Assembly (NCBI RefSeq): GCF_018350175.1
Contig: NC_058369.1
Span: forward strand, 135,470,001-135,534,000
Direction of reading: 5' to 3'
Length of the DNA: 64,000 nucleotides
DNA from: Felis catus
Taxonomy: Eukaryota
Made by a program: the position numbers and the translations under genes. The notes beneath the pieces were generated by a model, which was not told the origin of the DNA, did not search any database, and worked only from the letters and a program-made list of their open reading frames with translations. This document shows positions 28,601-41,734 of the stretch, one piece after another; positions within the stretch are counted from its first letter, which is position 1, and every line of letters begins with the position of its first letter.

Positions 28601-30259
28601 CTTCTTTTACCTTATGTCAAATTCTAAGCATTTTGCATCAGAAGTCTTATTTAGTCAGACATATTACCAGAAATAGAAGTCTCATTTATTTCATTTACTT
28701 TACTTAGTACTGTTTCCCCAACACTGGGGAAAATATTTTTTGCCAGATACTTGTTGAATAAGTAATTGTTGAATTAAGGAAGAAAGCTGAATAACATTTA
28801 TACATTTTGAAAGAAAAATTTCAAAGATAGGTTCTTAACCCCCAGGCAACATTGGTAAGGGTGAGAATTTTAGGCCCAACTCAAGGTCGATGAAAGGAAA
28901 ACATTTGGGGCTGAGTTGTTTCCCCTCATGGTTGTCAATGTAATCTACATGGGGATCTGATTCTGCTATAGTTGTTATAAGGAAAAGTGCTTCCATGTCC
29001 AAGAAATAGGAAAATTGCTTTTGGACACCATCTCACTCTATTTATTGCTCCAAAAGAATGAATCACATTCTAGGCGGGATTACACTCCCTAGATTTTATT
29101 TATTTATTTATTTAGTTTAAGGACCATCTTCTCCATGATCTCACATTTCTTAGCAGCCTTCTCACAAATTAAAACTCATATCTGGGGACATTTTTTTTTC
29201 ACCATGAATAAACATGCATGTAAATCTATTCCATACACTTTTCGAATAATTGTGACAAATGCCCCACCCTCTCCCCTGACCCATCCATTTGAGATTCCAT
29301 TTAGACAAAGATTCTTTCTCCCTCTCCTACACTCCTCAGATATTCGTATAAGGACTTGTCACTCATTCTCTTACATTCCGAAGAGATGTTTCTTTTGCTA
29401 ATGTGGCCCCTACCAGAAAAAAATCCCAAACATAAGGTTGGATTAAGTGATGAGTTGATTTGAAACCAATTGGAGGTCAGTGCCAGCAACATGTAATATC
29501 CCAGCCCTGCTGGATTGTTTCTATATTAGAAGGTAGAGGAAAGATCACCTGTTGTTTCTAGAAACAGTATCTAATAATCTAGGATTATACAAATTGTCCC
29601 AATATGCTTTATGGAGAAAAAGACAACTTATACTTTATGTTAAACGAGGTAAAAATATTATTATTCCTAATAGATGCTAATATCATATTTATATGTACTT
29701 TGTACCTTTAAAATTATTTTAGAATACATTGTCACATTTAATACAATTTTGAAAATCTTTTCTTGGGCATTGTTGTTAAGGAAATTTTAACTGTCTCTCT
29801 TCCTCAGTGTGTAAGAGGGCAAGACTATTGTGAAAGCTATTTTTAAAAATTATTTATATATTAATTCAACCTGAGTAATCAAGCATTAGGTAGGGGGTTG
29901 AGGAAAACTTCAATAAATCATGACTTATACCATGTTTGAAATGGTCCATGATATTTTTAACCATCTTCAACTGTGGATTGAATCTCCATATGATAAGGAA
30001 AGTAGATTGCTTGTGACTAGAAATCTCTGATTTTCTAGGGGAGTTCAAAAGCCATTTTAATTGAAATAAAAGTGCTTTGTTAAATGTAGAACTAAAAGTC
30101 ACTTACATTCTAGTAGAACTTTTTAAAATGGGTATCTCCATATGATTTGTTCTCCAGATTGCATATAAATTTAACCAGAAATCATAAAAAAAATTTGCAG
30201 TCCACACATCCTAATTTTTGTTTGGAAAATGTGGTCATTGAACCAATCAAATCATTTTC

Positions 30260-30466
30260 TTTCAATGTTTATTTATTTTTGAGAGAGACAGACAGAGCGT
30301 GAGCGGGGGGTGGGGGTAGATAGAGAGGGAGACACAGAATCCAAAGCAGGCTCCAGGCTCCGAGCTGTCAGCACAGAGCCGGATACAGGGCTCGAACTCA
30401 TGAACCTTGAGATCATGACCTGAACCAAAGTCAGACACTTAACCGACTGAGCCACCCAGGTGCCCC
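30260..30466 (-). mobile_element. CAN-SINE
   Basis: Full body; TSD tcaaatcattttc / tcaagtcattttc. Confidence 0.94.
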
Positions 30467-33069
30467 TCAAGTCATTTTCAATAGCCCATTGGACAGAATA
30501 CTTCTGACTGAGTTTTAATCAGAGGGTGCTCTGATAAACTGGAAAGGACACTGGAATGAAAGTTAGAAGACAAATATTTGAGTCCAGGCCCTGCCTCTTA
30601 TAAGTCTTTGTGATCTTGGGCTGCTTACCAAATCTCTCTGAAATTTGCATCATCTTTAAAAACAGGCTAATCATATCTATATCTAAAGGTGGTTGTAAGG
30701 ACTAAATCCAACAATGCGTCCAGAAGTGCTTGTAAGGTAAGAAGTGAAGTACACGTGTTCTGTGTTAGCCCTCCCAGAAGGCTCTGAGCAGGGGCACGTT
30801 GTCTTAGTCACTGCTGCATTTCCAGTACTGTAGCACAGCAGTTGACTCACAGGAGATGCTCACTACAAACTGATTGAATGAATAATAACACTTCTTCCCT
30901 AAAGATGATTCAGAGTGTCTTGCTTATATCACAGTCTGAACCATGAAATTTCTCGTGTTTTCCCAGGAATAGAATGTGGAGGTTAGAATAAATTACGGGC
31001 ATTGTTCCTTCCAAATGTGACATCTGTGATTCCATGATTCCTCAGTCTCAGAATCTTGGAAGTGTCTTGTAACCTCATTGCTCTGTTGAAGTCTCATATC
31101 CGTATGACAGAACAACATAGTTCTCAGACACCATTTAAGTGTATGTCTACAATAATGGGATAATGAGATCATCCTGATCATTCGGTCAGTTCAGAAAGAA
31201 AGAAAACCACCAATGAATGAATGGTTAATAGCCAGAAGGATTCAAATCCATTTGTCTGTACAGTGTACTGAGTAATTCTTACTCCAGTTACTAAACCCTG
31301 TAGAAGAGGAAAATTTCTCATCTGTGAATCATGATTCTAATAAAATCTCCAAGGGCTGGTGTAAATACCCACAAAACACTGGTGCTTATTATTTCCTGAG
31401 AGTTGCTGAGAAGATAAGGCCTTGTTTATAGTTACAGCAATATATAAGAAAATCAAACCAGTACTCCCTTCTTCAAGTTGTACTCTTAGGCTGGGAATAT
31501 TTGTCTTGATTAAGCATGAATCCACAATGACAACTCAGAGTTCAAGGCCTTTCACGAAGTCATCATCACTATTGGAGAATAATGATCAAGGGGCAGATGC
31601 CAAAGTTTATTTGGGTGGGTAGACTTTTGGAGACTCCAATTCAGATTTCGTTTTCTGTATGTCCTGCTATTTGTTTGGCTAGTGTGTGACCTCCACCTGT
31701 AACATGAAGCCCCTAAACATTCACAGATGGGTTTGCCAAGCTCCCCAGCCTCTGCTGAAGCAACCAATGTGAGCAATCTGGTTGACTGGATACTGGATGC
31801 ATCTTCGTCATTTAATTATTTGAACTGGGTTTACGGGCAGTAATATGACTCCTCTCATCTGTGGAACTTAGGAAGGCCTGCAATGCTATTAAAATAGGAT
31901 TGGGTGGACTGCCTGGGGAAATCCAGAGCCTATGATTCAATTACAGGGGCTTTCACAGGGTCAGTCACTACTCGGAAATTACAAAATCAAGTTAAGAGTC
32001 CAAAAATAGTGTAAATGGTAAATTGATCGTGATCAGATTTTAATCATGCTGTATTATCTAGAACTAGGTAATAGCATGAGGGAACAGATGAAGAGTTATT
32101 TGTTCATCTAAGTGTTTCTGTCTGGTTTTTATTTCCATGGGCAGCCTAAGACATAAATTCAGTTTGGCCCATGGAAAATTGTCAAGTAGAAGAAGACTGG
32201 CTTTCCAGTTCCTTCTTTTAGCCAGTTGTCATTTGCCCCACATCCTCTGTGCAGCTGGGGTCATCCTTTATTTGGTCTGTCATCCAGGCCTGTTTCTTTC
32301 TCCACTCTGCCCTGTGTTGCATCCAGCATGAACTCCCTTCTCACTCTTTGCTGGCACATGTGAGAGAGCACTTTGAGTTTTTCGTGCTCCTAAAATACCA
32401 GCCAGACAAGGCTAGGATTACCTGCAATAGTGACAACTTGTGGTGTGTCTGTATCTGTGTGTGTGTAGGGGCAGGTGTTCAGTGATCAACCCGCAAATGA
32501 TACCCACCATGTCTTCAACTGGAGATTCTAGTCTTTCGCTTGAAACTCAGTATTTCTCCATTTTTCAGTGCCCCCTCTTTACTATCACCCTCCTCTTTGT
32601 CCTGAGAAACTCAAAATTACAACTATTTTATGCAGAGTTGTAACATTCTCACTCTTCCACCTTCCAGGCCTTATTTTGGGGGTTTCTTTCCCAGTGAGTG
32701 TCATGAAACTGAGGCATTCCTGTGAAGATTTTTGCCTTCAGCTTCTAAAACCGTATTATTGTTTCTCCTTGCTAAGCTTCCATCCTTCCTTTGATTCCCA
32801 TCCTCAGAAACCCGGGAGCCTCATGCTTTCTCACCCTCCCAGGACACACAGTGAAGTTCAAGTCTCAGCCTGTCTTGTTCTGCCTGATGCTGCTGAGGGG
32901 GTTCTATGACTACATCCATTCCAAGAGATTCCTTCCCAGTTAGTCTCATGCATTAATACCAAGAATTAATCCCTTTAAGCCATCACTCCCAGTGAAGTGT
33001 TCCTAAATGAAAATGGCAGAAATGTAGATGGCTTGCATTTCAATAGAGGACTTGACCCAAAGTGTTACG

Positions 33070-33270
33070 TCAGTGGCTCTCAACTGGGAACGGTTTTGTC
33101 TTACACTTTGCTTCCTTATCCGCTCACAGGGAACACCTAGCAGTGTCTGAGGACATTGTTAGTTGTGTTGTCACAGCTGGGAAGCAGGAGACTACCTCTG
33201 GCCTCTAGTCTGGAGAGACGAGGGTTGCTTTAAAGATCTTACAATGTGTAGGACAGTCCTCTCCCCCAAA
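33070..33270 (+). mobile_element. MER20 fragment
   Basis: cagtggctctcaactggg...gtgtctgaggacattg...tgtcacagctggg...acaatgtgtaggacagtcc. Confidence 0.75.
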
Positions 33271-35483
33271 GGGTTAGCTAATAGGGAAACTTCATTGATG
33301 TTTGGGCAAAAATATTGGGGGGAGAATGTTCATTGGAAAACACACATGGACACTTGTATCACCACCTCCTCTGCAGATCATCTAAGCATGAGAGTTTCTG
33401 AAAGGGACAATGACTCTGACTATGGGGCCACCTTGGGGTGAAGTGCAGAGTCAACACTTTGTTTAGTTAGATCACCCCAAAACAGTTCATCGGGGAAGAG
33501 CAAATGTTAGGTGGATTTTCTTTGCTGGAGGGGAGTTTATTTTCATTTTCTGGGCTTTCGATACTTGTGTATAAGTAGCACACAAAATCAGGATACACAG
33601 ATCTCAAGAAAGGGGCAAGGGATCCTGTATGTTTCTAATCAAGCTGAAAAAATACCATGTAGGCCAAAAGCAAGCATTTACATGGAAAGTAATAATTAAG
33701 AAAAGTCAGTGGAGGGTAGGTCTAGCTGCCGTGGAGAGACACTGAGGTTACAAACACAGCCAAAGCATGCTGACTCCTAGAGAGGATAAGCACTCCTGTG
33801 GCAGCCAGGGGAGAACACAGGGTGAAAATGTGGAATAATTTTCTAATCAGGAATGGGAGTCTTAACCATGAACTTACAAGAGTATTTACCAGTAAGGTAA
33901 GCCAATTGTCCTCCCTGAAAATCTTTACAAACTTGAAAGGCACCTCTTGATCAACTTGTGTTGCGTGTAGTCCTGAGAAAAGACAAGGGAATAATTCCCA
34001 TAACCTGCAGGGATTTCTTTTCACCAGAGGGTTTGGCAAGACTATCACAAGTTTAAAATAACAAAGTCAACACTGAAAATTCACTTTATTATGTTTTGAT
34101 TTCACAGAAAATGTAGACTTGTAAATAACAATAGTTCTTTGTAACAATCTGCGTGACACTTTTATTAGCTCATGGATGTGGGAGGTTTGGTTAAACAGGA
34201 ATCATGTGAATATCAGGGGGAAAAAAGCTGGAGTTGGAACAACTATGATTTAGAAAAATAATAATCATGTTGGGCTTTGCAAACCACCTGTCACCTTGCT
34301 GATCCCCTGAAAAATGTAAAGAACATTCTCATGGATGAGTGACAGAAAATTTTCTCTGCCTAGGTAAGGAGAAGGTCAAAATAAGCAGGCCTTTGTCAGC
34401 TTACACCAGCAGATTGTTTTTCAGAAGGTCAGCAGAGACCTGACAAAAGCAATTTACCAGCTTTGGAACTGGTGAGGTTTATTTGTTAAGAGTACACTTC
34501 TTGCTCTTAAGATAAGGAAACATGGGTTGAAGTACAGTAAATAGACACAAAAGAATGGTTCTGGTCTATTGGACACCTCTCTGAGCCTTTATTTTGAGAG
34601 CAGGCAAGAGGCGAGATGAATGTTCTCCAGCTGAGTGAGACAATACCAGCTCCAGGCCAGCCTTTAATAAATGAGAAGTAATCACAATATGTTGGCTTAA
34701 AAATGCCATCAAGGACAAGTGCGTGTACAGTCATGTTGGCTGCTTCTAAGGGAGCCTCGCTTTAGGTTTTGCAGAGTTGATGTAAGATTCCTTAATAAAT
34801 TAATAAAGCTGAGAAATGTCAACGTGAAGCTAGATTTTCTCACTTTAAAGCTACTTTCTTTGAAAAAGAAATGTGAGGCCTGATGTTTTTCAAGCTTTGT
34901 AATAACTCCAATAAAAAAGAATACAGCTGTGACAATTGAGAACATCTCTTGAAATTAACCTTGACAGCCTTGAGCAAAGCTACACAACAGGTATGGAGAA
35001 TGTGAGCAGTGGCTTGAGGCCCTGCACTTCTGGGCCTCCTGATGCCTTGGGAAGTAGTTGCTGGGAGGGGACAGGGAAGCAACGACAGCAGGAAGGGTGG
35101 AGGTTACTCCCAAGAGCTGAAAAAGCCACGCTTCACCATCACCACGCTCACTCAGCCTGTCACTTAATAGCAGCCACCTGACTCTTTCCCTCTTAATCCT
35201 TCTCCCATTATCCAGCCCCATACAGAATAAATTGCCATTAGTAGATTCTTCTGGGATGTTCCTTTCAGTCTGGTGACATCCATTTAAGGGAGAGCAGATA
35301 ATCAGTATTCTGGGGTGCCCTATGATTCTCCCACTTCTGAGCATCTGTGGTCCAGTAATATGCCAGGGCCTCCGTCCTGGAGGGGCAAAGACCCACCACT
35401 GAGTGTGGTCCTGGCACTTGGGGCTTTTGTGCTGGAGCTAAACGTGAGAGGCTATCCAAGATGTTGTAACTAGATTGCACCTT

Positions 35484-35685
35484 TTTTTTTTTTTTAATAT
35501 ATGAAATTTATTGTCAGATTGGTTTCCATACAACACTAAGTGCTCAACGGGTATTGAAAGCACTAAGTGCTAAGGGGTATTGAAAGATGCCCTCTTCAAT
35601 ATCCATCACCTACCCTCTCCTCCCTCCCACCCCCCATCAACCCTCAGTTTGTTCTCAGTTTTTAATTAAGTCTCTTATACTTTGA
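35484..35685 (-). mobile_element. Severely 5'-truncated felid L1 (3' UTR and poly(A) only)
   Basis: Reverse-complement match to the 3' end of the L1 at about 26410-26570. Poly-T tract; TSD agattgcacctt (35472-35483) / agatgcacctt (35686-35696). Confidence 0.9.
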
Positions 35686-36360
35686 AGATGCACCTTGACA
35701 AAGGTGCTCACAGAATACAAAGATCAGTCCAATACAAACCAATTTAGGGAGGCAAATTTATTGAGGACAACAAATTTGCTAAGACTCAGAGTCACGTGCA
35801 GATTACATCTTTATTATAGAAAACTCCACTGAATTAGTCAAGATCTCCTATTCTGTTAGAACTTTTAAAGATGTTGCAGAACATTAATTGGCATCATCGT
35901 GGGCCTAGAAAACTTTGTTTTGTAATAAGATTTTTATTGGGAGGAAATTTTTAAGGGGATCTGAATGGAGTCTCTCATTTTGTTTTGGGTAATTTGTGCC
36001 ATACATTGCCTTAAAAGCCTCAGGTAATCAAGACTTTAGTATAGTTTAGAATCGTGGACTGTGGAGCCTCAACCAAGCCCTAAAGAAAATGAGTTTGAAA
36101 TTATCTTCACCTGTTTTTAATTTTTTTCCATAGTGGAGATTTCCTCTATTTGAAAACAGATAAAAATCTTTCAGTCTCTTGTTATACCCTCCCTAATGGC
36201 GATACCTACTGGCATTTCAGATGGCTGCCAGGGTCTCCCTTACAGATTAGGGAAATTTATGCAGGTTCCTGCATGGGTACACCTTGTTCCCTTGCTCCTT
36301 ATCAAGTAGGATGCATCTCAGCAAAAAAACAAAGTCAGATAAAAATATCCTAGGGGTTAT

Positions 36361-36581
36361 GGGGTGCCTGGGTGGCTCAGTCAGTTAAGCGTCCGACTTC
36401 AGCTCAGGTCATGATCTTGCTGTTCGTGAGTTCGAGCCCCGCATCAGGACTCTGTGTTGACAGTGCAAAGCCTGGAGGCTGCTTCAGATTCTGTGTGTGT
36501 ATCTCTCTCTCTCTCTCTCTCTCTGCCCCTCCCCCTCCCTCAAAAAGTAGATAAACATTAAAAATATTTTTTTAAAAGAAA
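36361..36581 (+). mobile_element. CAN-SINE
   Basis: Head ggggtgcctgggtggctcagtcagttaagcg, CT tract and A-rich tail. Confidence 0.93.
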
Positions 36582-37920
36582 GCATCCCAAGAATTAAGAG
36601 ATCATGACCATCCCTTTTGGATGCTAAAATTATTTAGACTCCACTTGCATTAATTCCGAGACAAACTAGATAAAGTGCTTGGCTTTCCTGACTGCTCTGA
36701 ACATGTGGTCCTGTTTGTGATGGGGCTTGAGAGCAGTGGCAGATATTTGCACAGAGATCTTCACCTCTCGCAGTCTCAGTTTCCCCAGATACAAACTGAA
36801 GGGAGCTGAGATGTCTACTTAGATCCTTTCCATTTCTCAACACACCTATGGATTTATGATTTCATAATTCATCCAGCAGGCAGAAGGGCTGATGGCTGTG
36901 GGACCACCATGAAAGTCCCCTCATCCCCCCAGGAAGGCATTCACAGACAGCGTCAGTGTAACTAAGACCGAGCCCACCTGCCTGGCTTTCCCACACCCTG
37001 CGGAAGGCCCACACTGAGCTCTGAGCAATTCTGTCATGCTCCCCCTTCCTGCCTCTGAATCCATAGAATAAAAAGAGGAAAGAACCACTTTGGAAAAATC
37101 AGATGACTAACTCTAGGGAGTGAGAGAAAGGAGATAAATTCTGTTGTTTTTACGAGGGTGAGGAGGCAAGTATCAATTATGACAAAGTACCTCAGCAGGT
37201 TGATGTCTGTGAGCCTCAGTCTAAACGTCCTGCTGCAGAGCAAGGATGGAGAAACTGAAGGCCAGGCTATGGACGAATGAGCAAACATCAGTGTGACACC
37301 AGATGCATAGAATGGAACATCCTGTTAATAAATGTAGCTCAGCAAAGAGACCATATTTAGAACCAGAACCTAATTGTGCCAAGCGGATGAGAAGTAACTT
37401 CAGATATTTCGCCTTTCTTTCACTTAATATACAAAATGGGGTGGCAGCCTCTCCATTTTCCCTGGAAGTCATCTTTTGGATCATGACAGAAGCTGGCCAC
37501 AATCTGCACACTGATGTTCCCATAATTACAGCTGGGTCCCTTAAATAGAGTCTCTAAATTACGATTTGTTTGCCATATAATATACTAGGGTTACCAACCT
37601 TATAAGCAAGACTATGTGTCATTTGCTTGAGGCTATGATATCTTGACATCTTGTCAGCCTCAGATGAACACAATTAAATATGGCAGGTCTTTAAAATGTG
37701 CTTGGAGGGTGATGGGTATATGCTGATGCTCCTTGGCACAAATGGCGGACCTCTTTTGGGCATCTGCTCACGGTGCAGGCCGTGTAGGCGTGACTTACCT
37801 CTGGAAACCTCTCTGTCAGCATGTTGGTTCCCTAGTCTTGCCATCCCAAAAGTTATCATTCTGAAGGCCATTTCAACTACAAAAATTCCATGGGTCACAT
37901 GCATCATACCAGATAGAAAT

Positions 37921-37926
37921 TTTATT
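37921..37926 (-). terminator. Candidate main WNT2 polyadenylation signal AATAAA
   Basis: tttatt on + strand, about 890 nt after the stop; UG/U-rich sequence follows on the minus strand. Confidence 0.6.
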
Positions 37927-38447
37927 CCCCTTTTTCTCCTTATCTGTACAGACACATTTTCTGATATTTTACTCACTGTTATTCTCCTCCATCCTCCCCC
38001 AATAGGTCAGAATACTGCCAGATCATCAATCTTTCTTTTAAATTCCCTTCAGATGTTAAGTGAGATCCCTAAAGTTGCTTTATATTAAGGGGACTTTATA
38101 TATAAAGTTGCTTTATATTAAGTCAATGCAAAGCAATGACTTTCTGAGGCTCTTGCTATTGTAAAGATTCCAAAACTGTACCAAAGGACAACAGTCCCAT
38201 CTTGTTACGTCAAATTTTAATATAGCAATAAGTGCTTTGAAAAATATGCATTTTAAACCTGAAGTTCTTTGAAAGCCATCTTTCTCCAGGCAGTTACCAA
38301 TTACCCCTGGACGTGGTGGCTGCGAAAATCACTTGATCAGGCAAAAGCCTTGCTTGGTCTTTTCAGGATTTACAGTTAATTCGGTGGCAGTTGGTCCTGC
38401 TGTCTTTACCCTCCTGAGAGAAGTATGGGATTTCTGAACTATGATCA

Positions 38448-38453
38448 TTTATT
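38448..38453 (-). terminator. Candidate proximal WNT2 polyadenylation signal AATAAA
   Basis: tttatt on + strand, about 360 nt after the stop. Confidence 0.35.
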
Positions 38454-38814
38454 GGGAGACACAGAGAAAGCTCCTTTGGGACACTCTTTTCCCCTCTGGC
38501 CAGCCGCTCTAGAAAGAGGAAACGTCTAGGTGGGTGGAGACAGTGATGTGGCCGGCCCCTCCCCTCCTAGCAGTCTGTCCTGACCAGGAAGAGATGCGGC
38601 CCAGAATGCTCGAAGGCGGAGGGAATAAGGCATGCTTTGTGTGCAACATGTGGCCCCAGTTCTGGGGCCACCTGGGTGGGAGAGGAAGGACTTCTGTTGA
38701 GGCAAAGTCACATGCCTTAGGAAATATCTCTCCGAGAAAACCCAAAGGCCCAGTGTCCTTGCAGATCCAGTGGAGTCCCTGCAGGAGAGAAGGTGATGGC
38801 AACCTCCTCTGGGG

Positions 38815-39044
38815 TCATGTGGGAGCCGCCCAGTCAACGCTTTTAGGGGCCTTGCATGTGTGCACGTCCAGGGCCTCCAGACAGTCCTGACAGCGCACGG
38901 CACAGCACCAGTGGAACTTACACTCGCACTTGGTCATCCGGGTGACGTGGGAGGTGTCATAGCCTCTCCCGCAGCACATGACCTCGCAGCTGTCCATGCC
39001 CCGGGAAGTCAGGTTGCATACACGGCCTGCTGTACCCAGAGAGC
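38815..39044 (-). CDS. WNT2: WNT2 terminal coding exon (exon 5), 230 coding bp including TGA
   Basis: Acceptor ttgtcttccag|GC at 39045/39044; the phase fits exon 4 (G|GC = Gly). Translates [76 protein letters not shown], the Wnt C-terminal cysteine pattern with an NLT sequon. Stop TGA at 38817-38815. Confidence 0.97.
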
Positions 39045-39846
39045 CTGGAAGACAAGTGAGGGAGGTGTCACCGCAAAGCTGTGGGCAGAATACAATATGC
39101 CTCGGGAGGAGGAGAATCCACCCTCCGGGAGCGGGCCCTGCACCCCCCAACCCCAACACCACCTGTTCTATGGCCCAGGCAGCATCTGTCCTCCCCAGGG
39201 GCCAGCTGCGGCATGTGTAGTGGAGCCCAGAGGACTAAGTGCAGGATAGATGGACACAAAACTTTGGACCTACCTTGGGCAACTTTAACTCTAGTGATCC
39301 CACTTCTGAGCTGGATAAACCTTTCAGTTTCTCTTTACCCAGACTAGGATTGATGGGTCACTGCATGGGCAAGGCCAGATCAGATGGAAAGAAGGATCTA
39401 GTATATCTCCCTCTCTCCTGACCTCAAACCACATCAAGGAAGCAGTGACCCAGGTTAGTGCTCTCCACATTTGTCAGGGCGTGGAACCCTCAAAGGGAGA
39501 GGATTCGGCCTACCCAGGCCTGACCACACTGCCTTTTTAGAAAGAGAAGAGAAAGCTTGTTGCTGAAGGGGAGGTGTGGGCATCATTTGTGTAAGACCTT
39601 GAGGAGGGAGCAACACCTGGTCTGGTTTACCGTCTGCGCTGCCATCCAGGGGGCCATCTAGATGTGTGTGAGGCTTCTTGTTGAAGCCAGGATTCTAAGC
39701 CTTCAGTGAATAAAACTGGCATAAAGACCTGCTAGGAATTAACAGTGGAATGTTGTTGTCTTAGTTAATTAGGGTGAGGTTTCCTAAATGGCAATTCATC
39801 TTTATGAATTTGTTTCTGAAAAAGACTCTTAAAGATAGAAAGCCTC

Positions 39847-40068
39847 GGGGCGCCTGGGTGGTGCAGTCGGTTAAGCGTCCGACTTCAGCCAGGTCACGAT
39901 CTCGCGGTCCGTGAGTTCGAGTGCGGCGTCAGGCTCTGGGCTGATGGCTCAGAGCCTGGAGCCTGTTTCCGACTCTGTGTCTCCCTCTCTCTCTGCCCCT
40001 CCCCCGTTCATGCTCTGTCTCTCTCTGTCCCAAAAATAAATAAACGTTGAAAAAAAAAGTTAAAAAAA
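39847..40068 (+). mobile_element. Young felid CAN-SINE in WNT2 last intron (antisense to WNT2)
   Basis: CpGs largely intact; perfect TSD aaagatagaaagcctc at 39831-39846 and 40069-40084. Confidence 0.96.
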
Positions 40069-40199
40069 AAAGATAGAAAGCCTCTTAATCCGTTCTATTC
40101 CTGGAGAAGCACCCAGAAGTCTTTTACAAGAGCATTATTGGGCAATAGAGCAGAACAAAGTGCAGTGGACATTTGTGTAGTGTGCTCCACCTATGATGA

Positions 40200-40660
40200 T
40201 CCTTTCTGCTTCTTTCTCGGGCACAGAAATGGGCACTTGGCAGCCATGTTGAACAACACGACCCGGCTCAGCTGGTGGCAGGTGATCAGACCAGAGCTGG
40301 GGACCTGACTTGTGCTGGGGAAATCTGTTAGGTTTCCCCAGGGATTTGCAGGTTTGTTGGAGATAGGCAGGCAGTCTTGCCTAATATGGACTCAGTAGCC
40401 ATTGGCAGCCATGTACTATGATGAAGCGTGTGGACCAGTGGAGGTCTACAGAGAGATAAGAAAGAGGCAGATGTACAGACAGCAAGACGAGACGTGGAAA
40501 GCGGATGCTACCCAGATCCTGGACTATTTTTCCAGAGGTGCTTCCATTTGTCCCTGAAGCCTGGCTGCATTCTAACCTCTGGGTTCCTAGAGATTCTGCA
40601 TTCTTTTAATAAACTTCCCCTTTCAGCTTAAACCACTCCAATTTCTGTTGCTTGCAATCA
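40200..40660 (+). mobile_element. Old MaLR (MLT1-like) LTR remnant
   Basis: Ends aataaacttcccctttcagcttaaaccactccaatttctgttgcttgcaatcaa, typical of older MLT1 3' ends. Confidence 0.5.
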
Positions 40661-41514
40661 ACAATCCTAAACAATTGACAAACCTAGAGAAGCTAAACTC
40701 TTCATTAAAAAAAAAAGTACATTGGAATGAAAGACAGTGACTTCATTCATTTTCAGTTCCTCCATCATTTAACATGGAATTCCTCCCACTTCATAATTCT
40801 TGCAGTGTCTCATGACTCTCTCTCTGTTTATCACAGTCCAAGCTGTGCTCCAAATATCTACAGAAATGTCATGTTGCCCTGCCTGTCACGAACGACCCGG
40901 GAAGCAGCCAGGTCCAGGCAGGGCGTGGGGTCGAGCAGAGGAGAGGGGTGGGCACAACTTGCTGTACGTGATCACGCCTCTGACAGCAGGAAGACAGGCA
41001 GGGGATTTCATGATGACAGGAAGGATGGCAAAGGGCCGGGGTCAGGGTGGAAGATGGGGTCAGCCAAGGATGGCCGTGAGCCTCTATCGTGCTGAAGAAG
41101 CACAGAGTTAGAAGAGGCGGCAGCTGGGGCTGGATTCAGGACAGTGCTCAAAACCACTGCCTGTGCAGAAGGGACTCACTGCCAAGTCCTGCTTTGCAGC
41201 ACACCCGTCATTTAATTCAGCAAACATTTAATGAACACAGACGTGTAAGACACTGTGTGGGCTGTGTAGAGTTTTGGGTGGTGGTGGTGGGGAAATAAAA
41301 TAATTAGAATTCACTTCCTATTCCTATATTCTGGGAATTCCTAATATAATGAAGAGATAAATATGTAAAGAGATCGCTCCATTACTTCAAATATTCCATT
41401 TGCTGAAGAGTTGCAGTAAAAAAAAAAAAAACAACAACAAAACAAAAAACCCACAGTAGGGTTTTGTGCAAGGCACCACTGTAAACAAAGCTCAGGATGG
41501 TAGAATGAGGTTAT

Positions 41515-41730
41515 TTAGAGCTGGGACATATCAGAGTTTAAGTTCCAGCTTGGGCATTTATCAGCTGGGTGGCCTTGGGCAAGTTATGCAATCTTATCAA
41601 GCTTCCATTTCTTTCCTTGAAAAACTGGAATAAAGACAGTTCCTTCCTCATAGGGCTGTGGTCAGGAGGGAATGAGATCATGCATGAAAGCACCTGGCAT
41701 AATAAGTGCTCAATTAATGCTAATCTTCTA
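41515..41730 (+). mobile_element. MIR SINE
   Basis: MIR core: agctgggtggccttgggcaagttatgcaatct...ctcatagggctgtgg...cctggcataataagtgctcaa. Confidence 0.75.
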
Positions 41731-41734
41731 CTCA

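Larger units (their letters stand above)
37900..38814 (-). other. WNT2: WNT2 3' UTR (distal end approximate)
   Basis: Repeat-free sequence after the stop codon, with AATAAA hexamers on the minus strand at 38448-38453 and 37921-37926. Longer isoforms cannot be excluded. Confidence 0.7.

Noticed and set aside
39045-39162. N-terminal extension of ORF 38815-39162 ([14 protein letters not shown]...)
   Set aside because: Intronic read-through upstream of the splice acceptor at 39045; not Wnt sequence.
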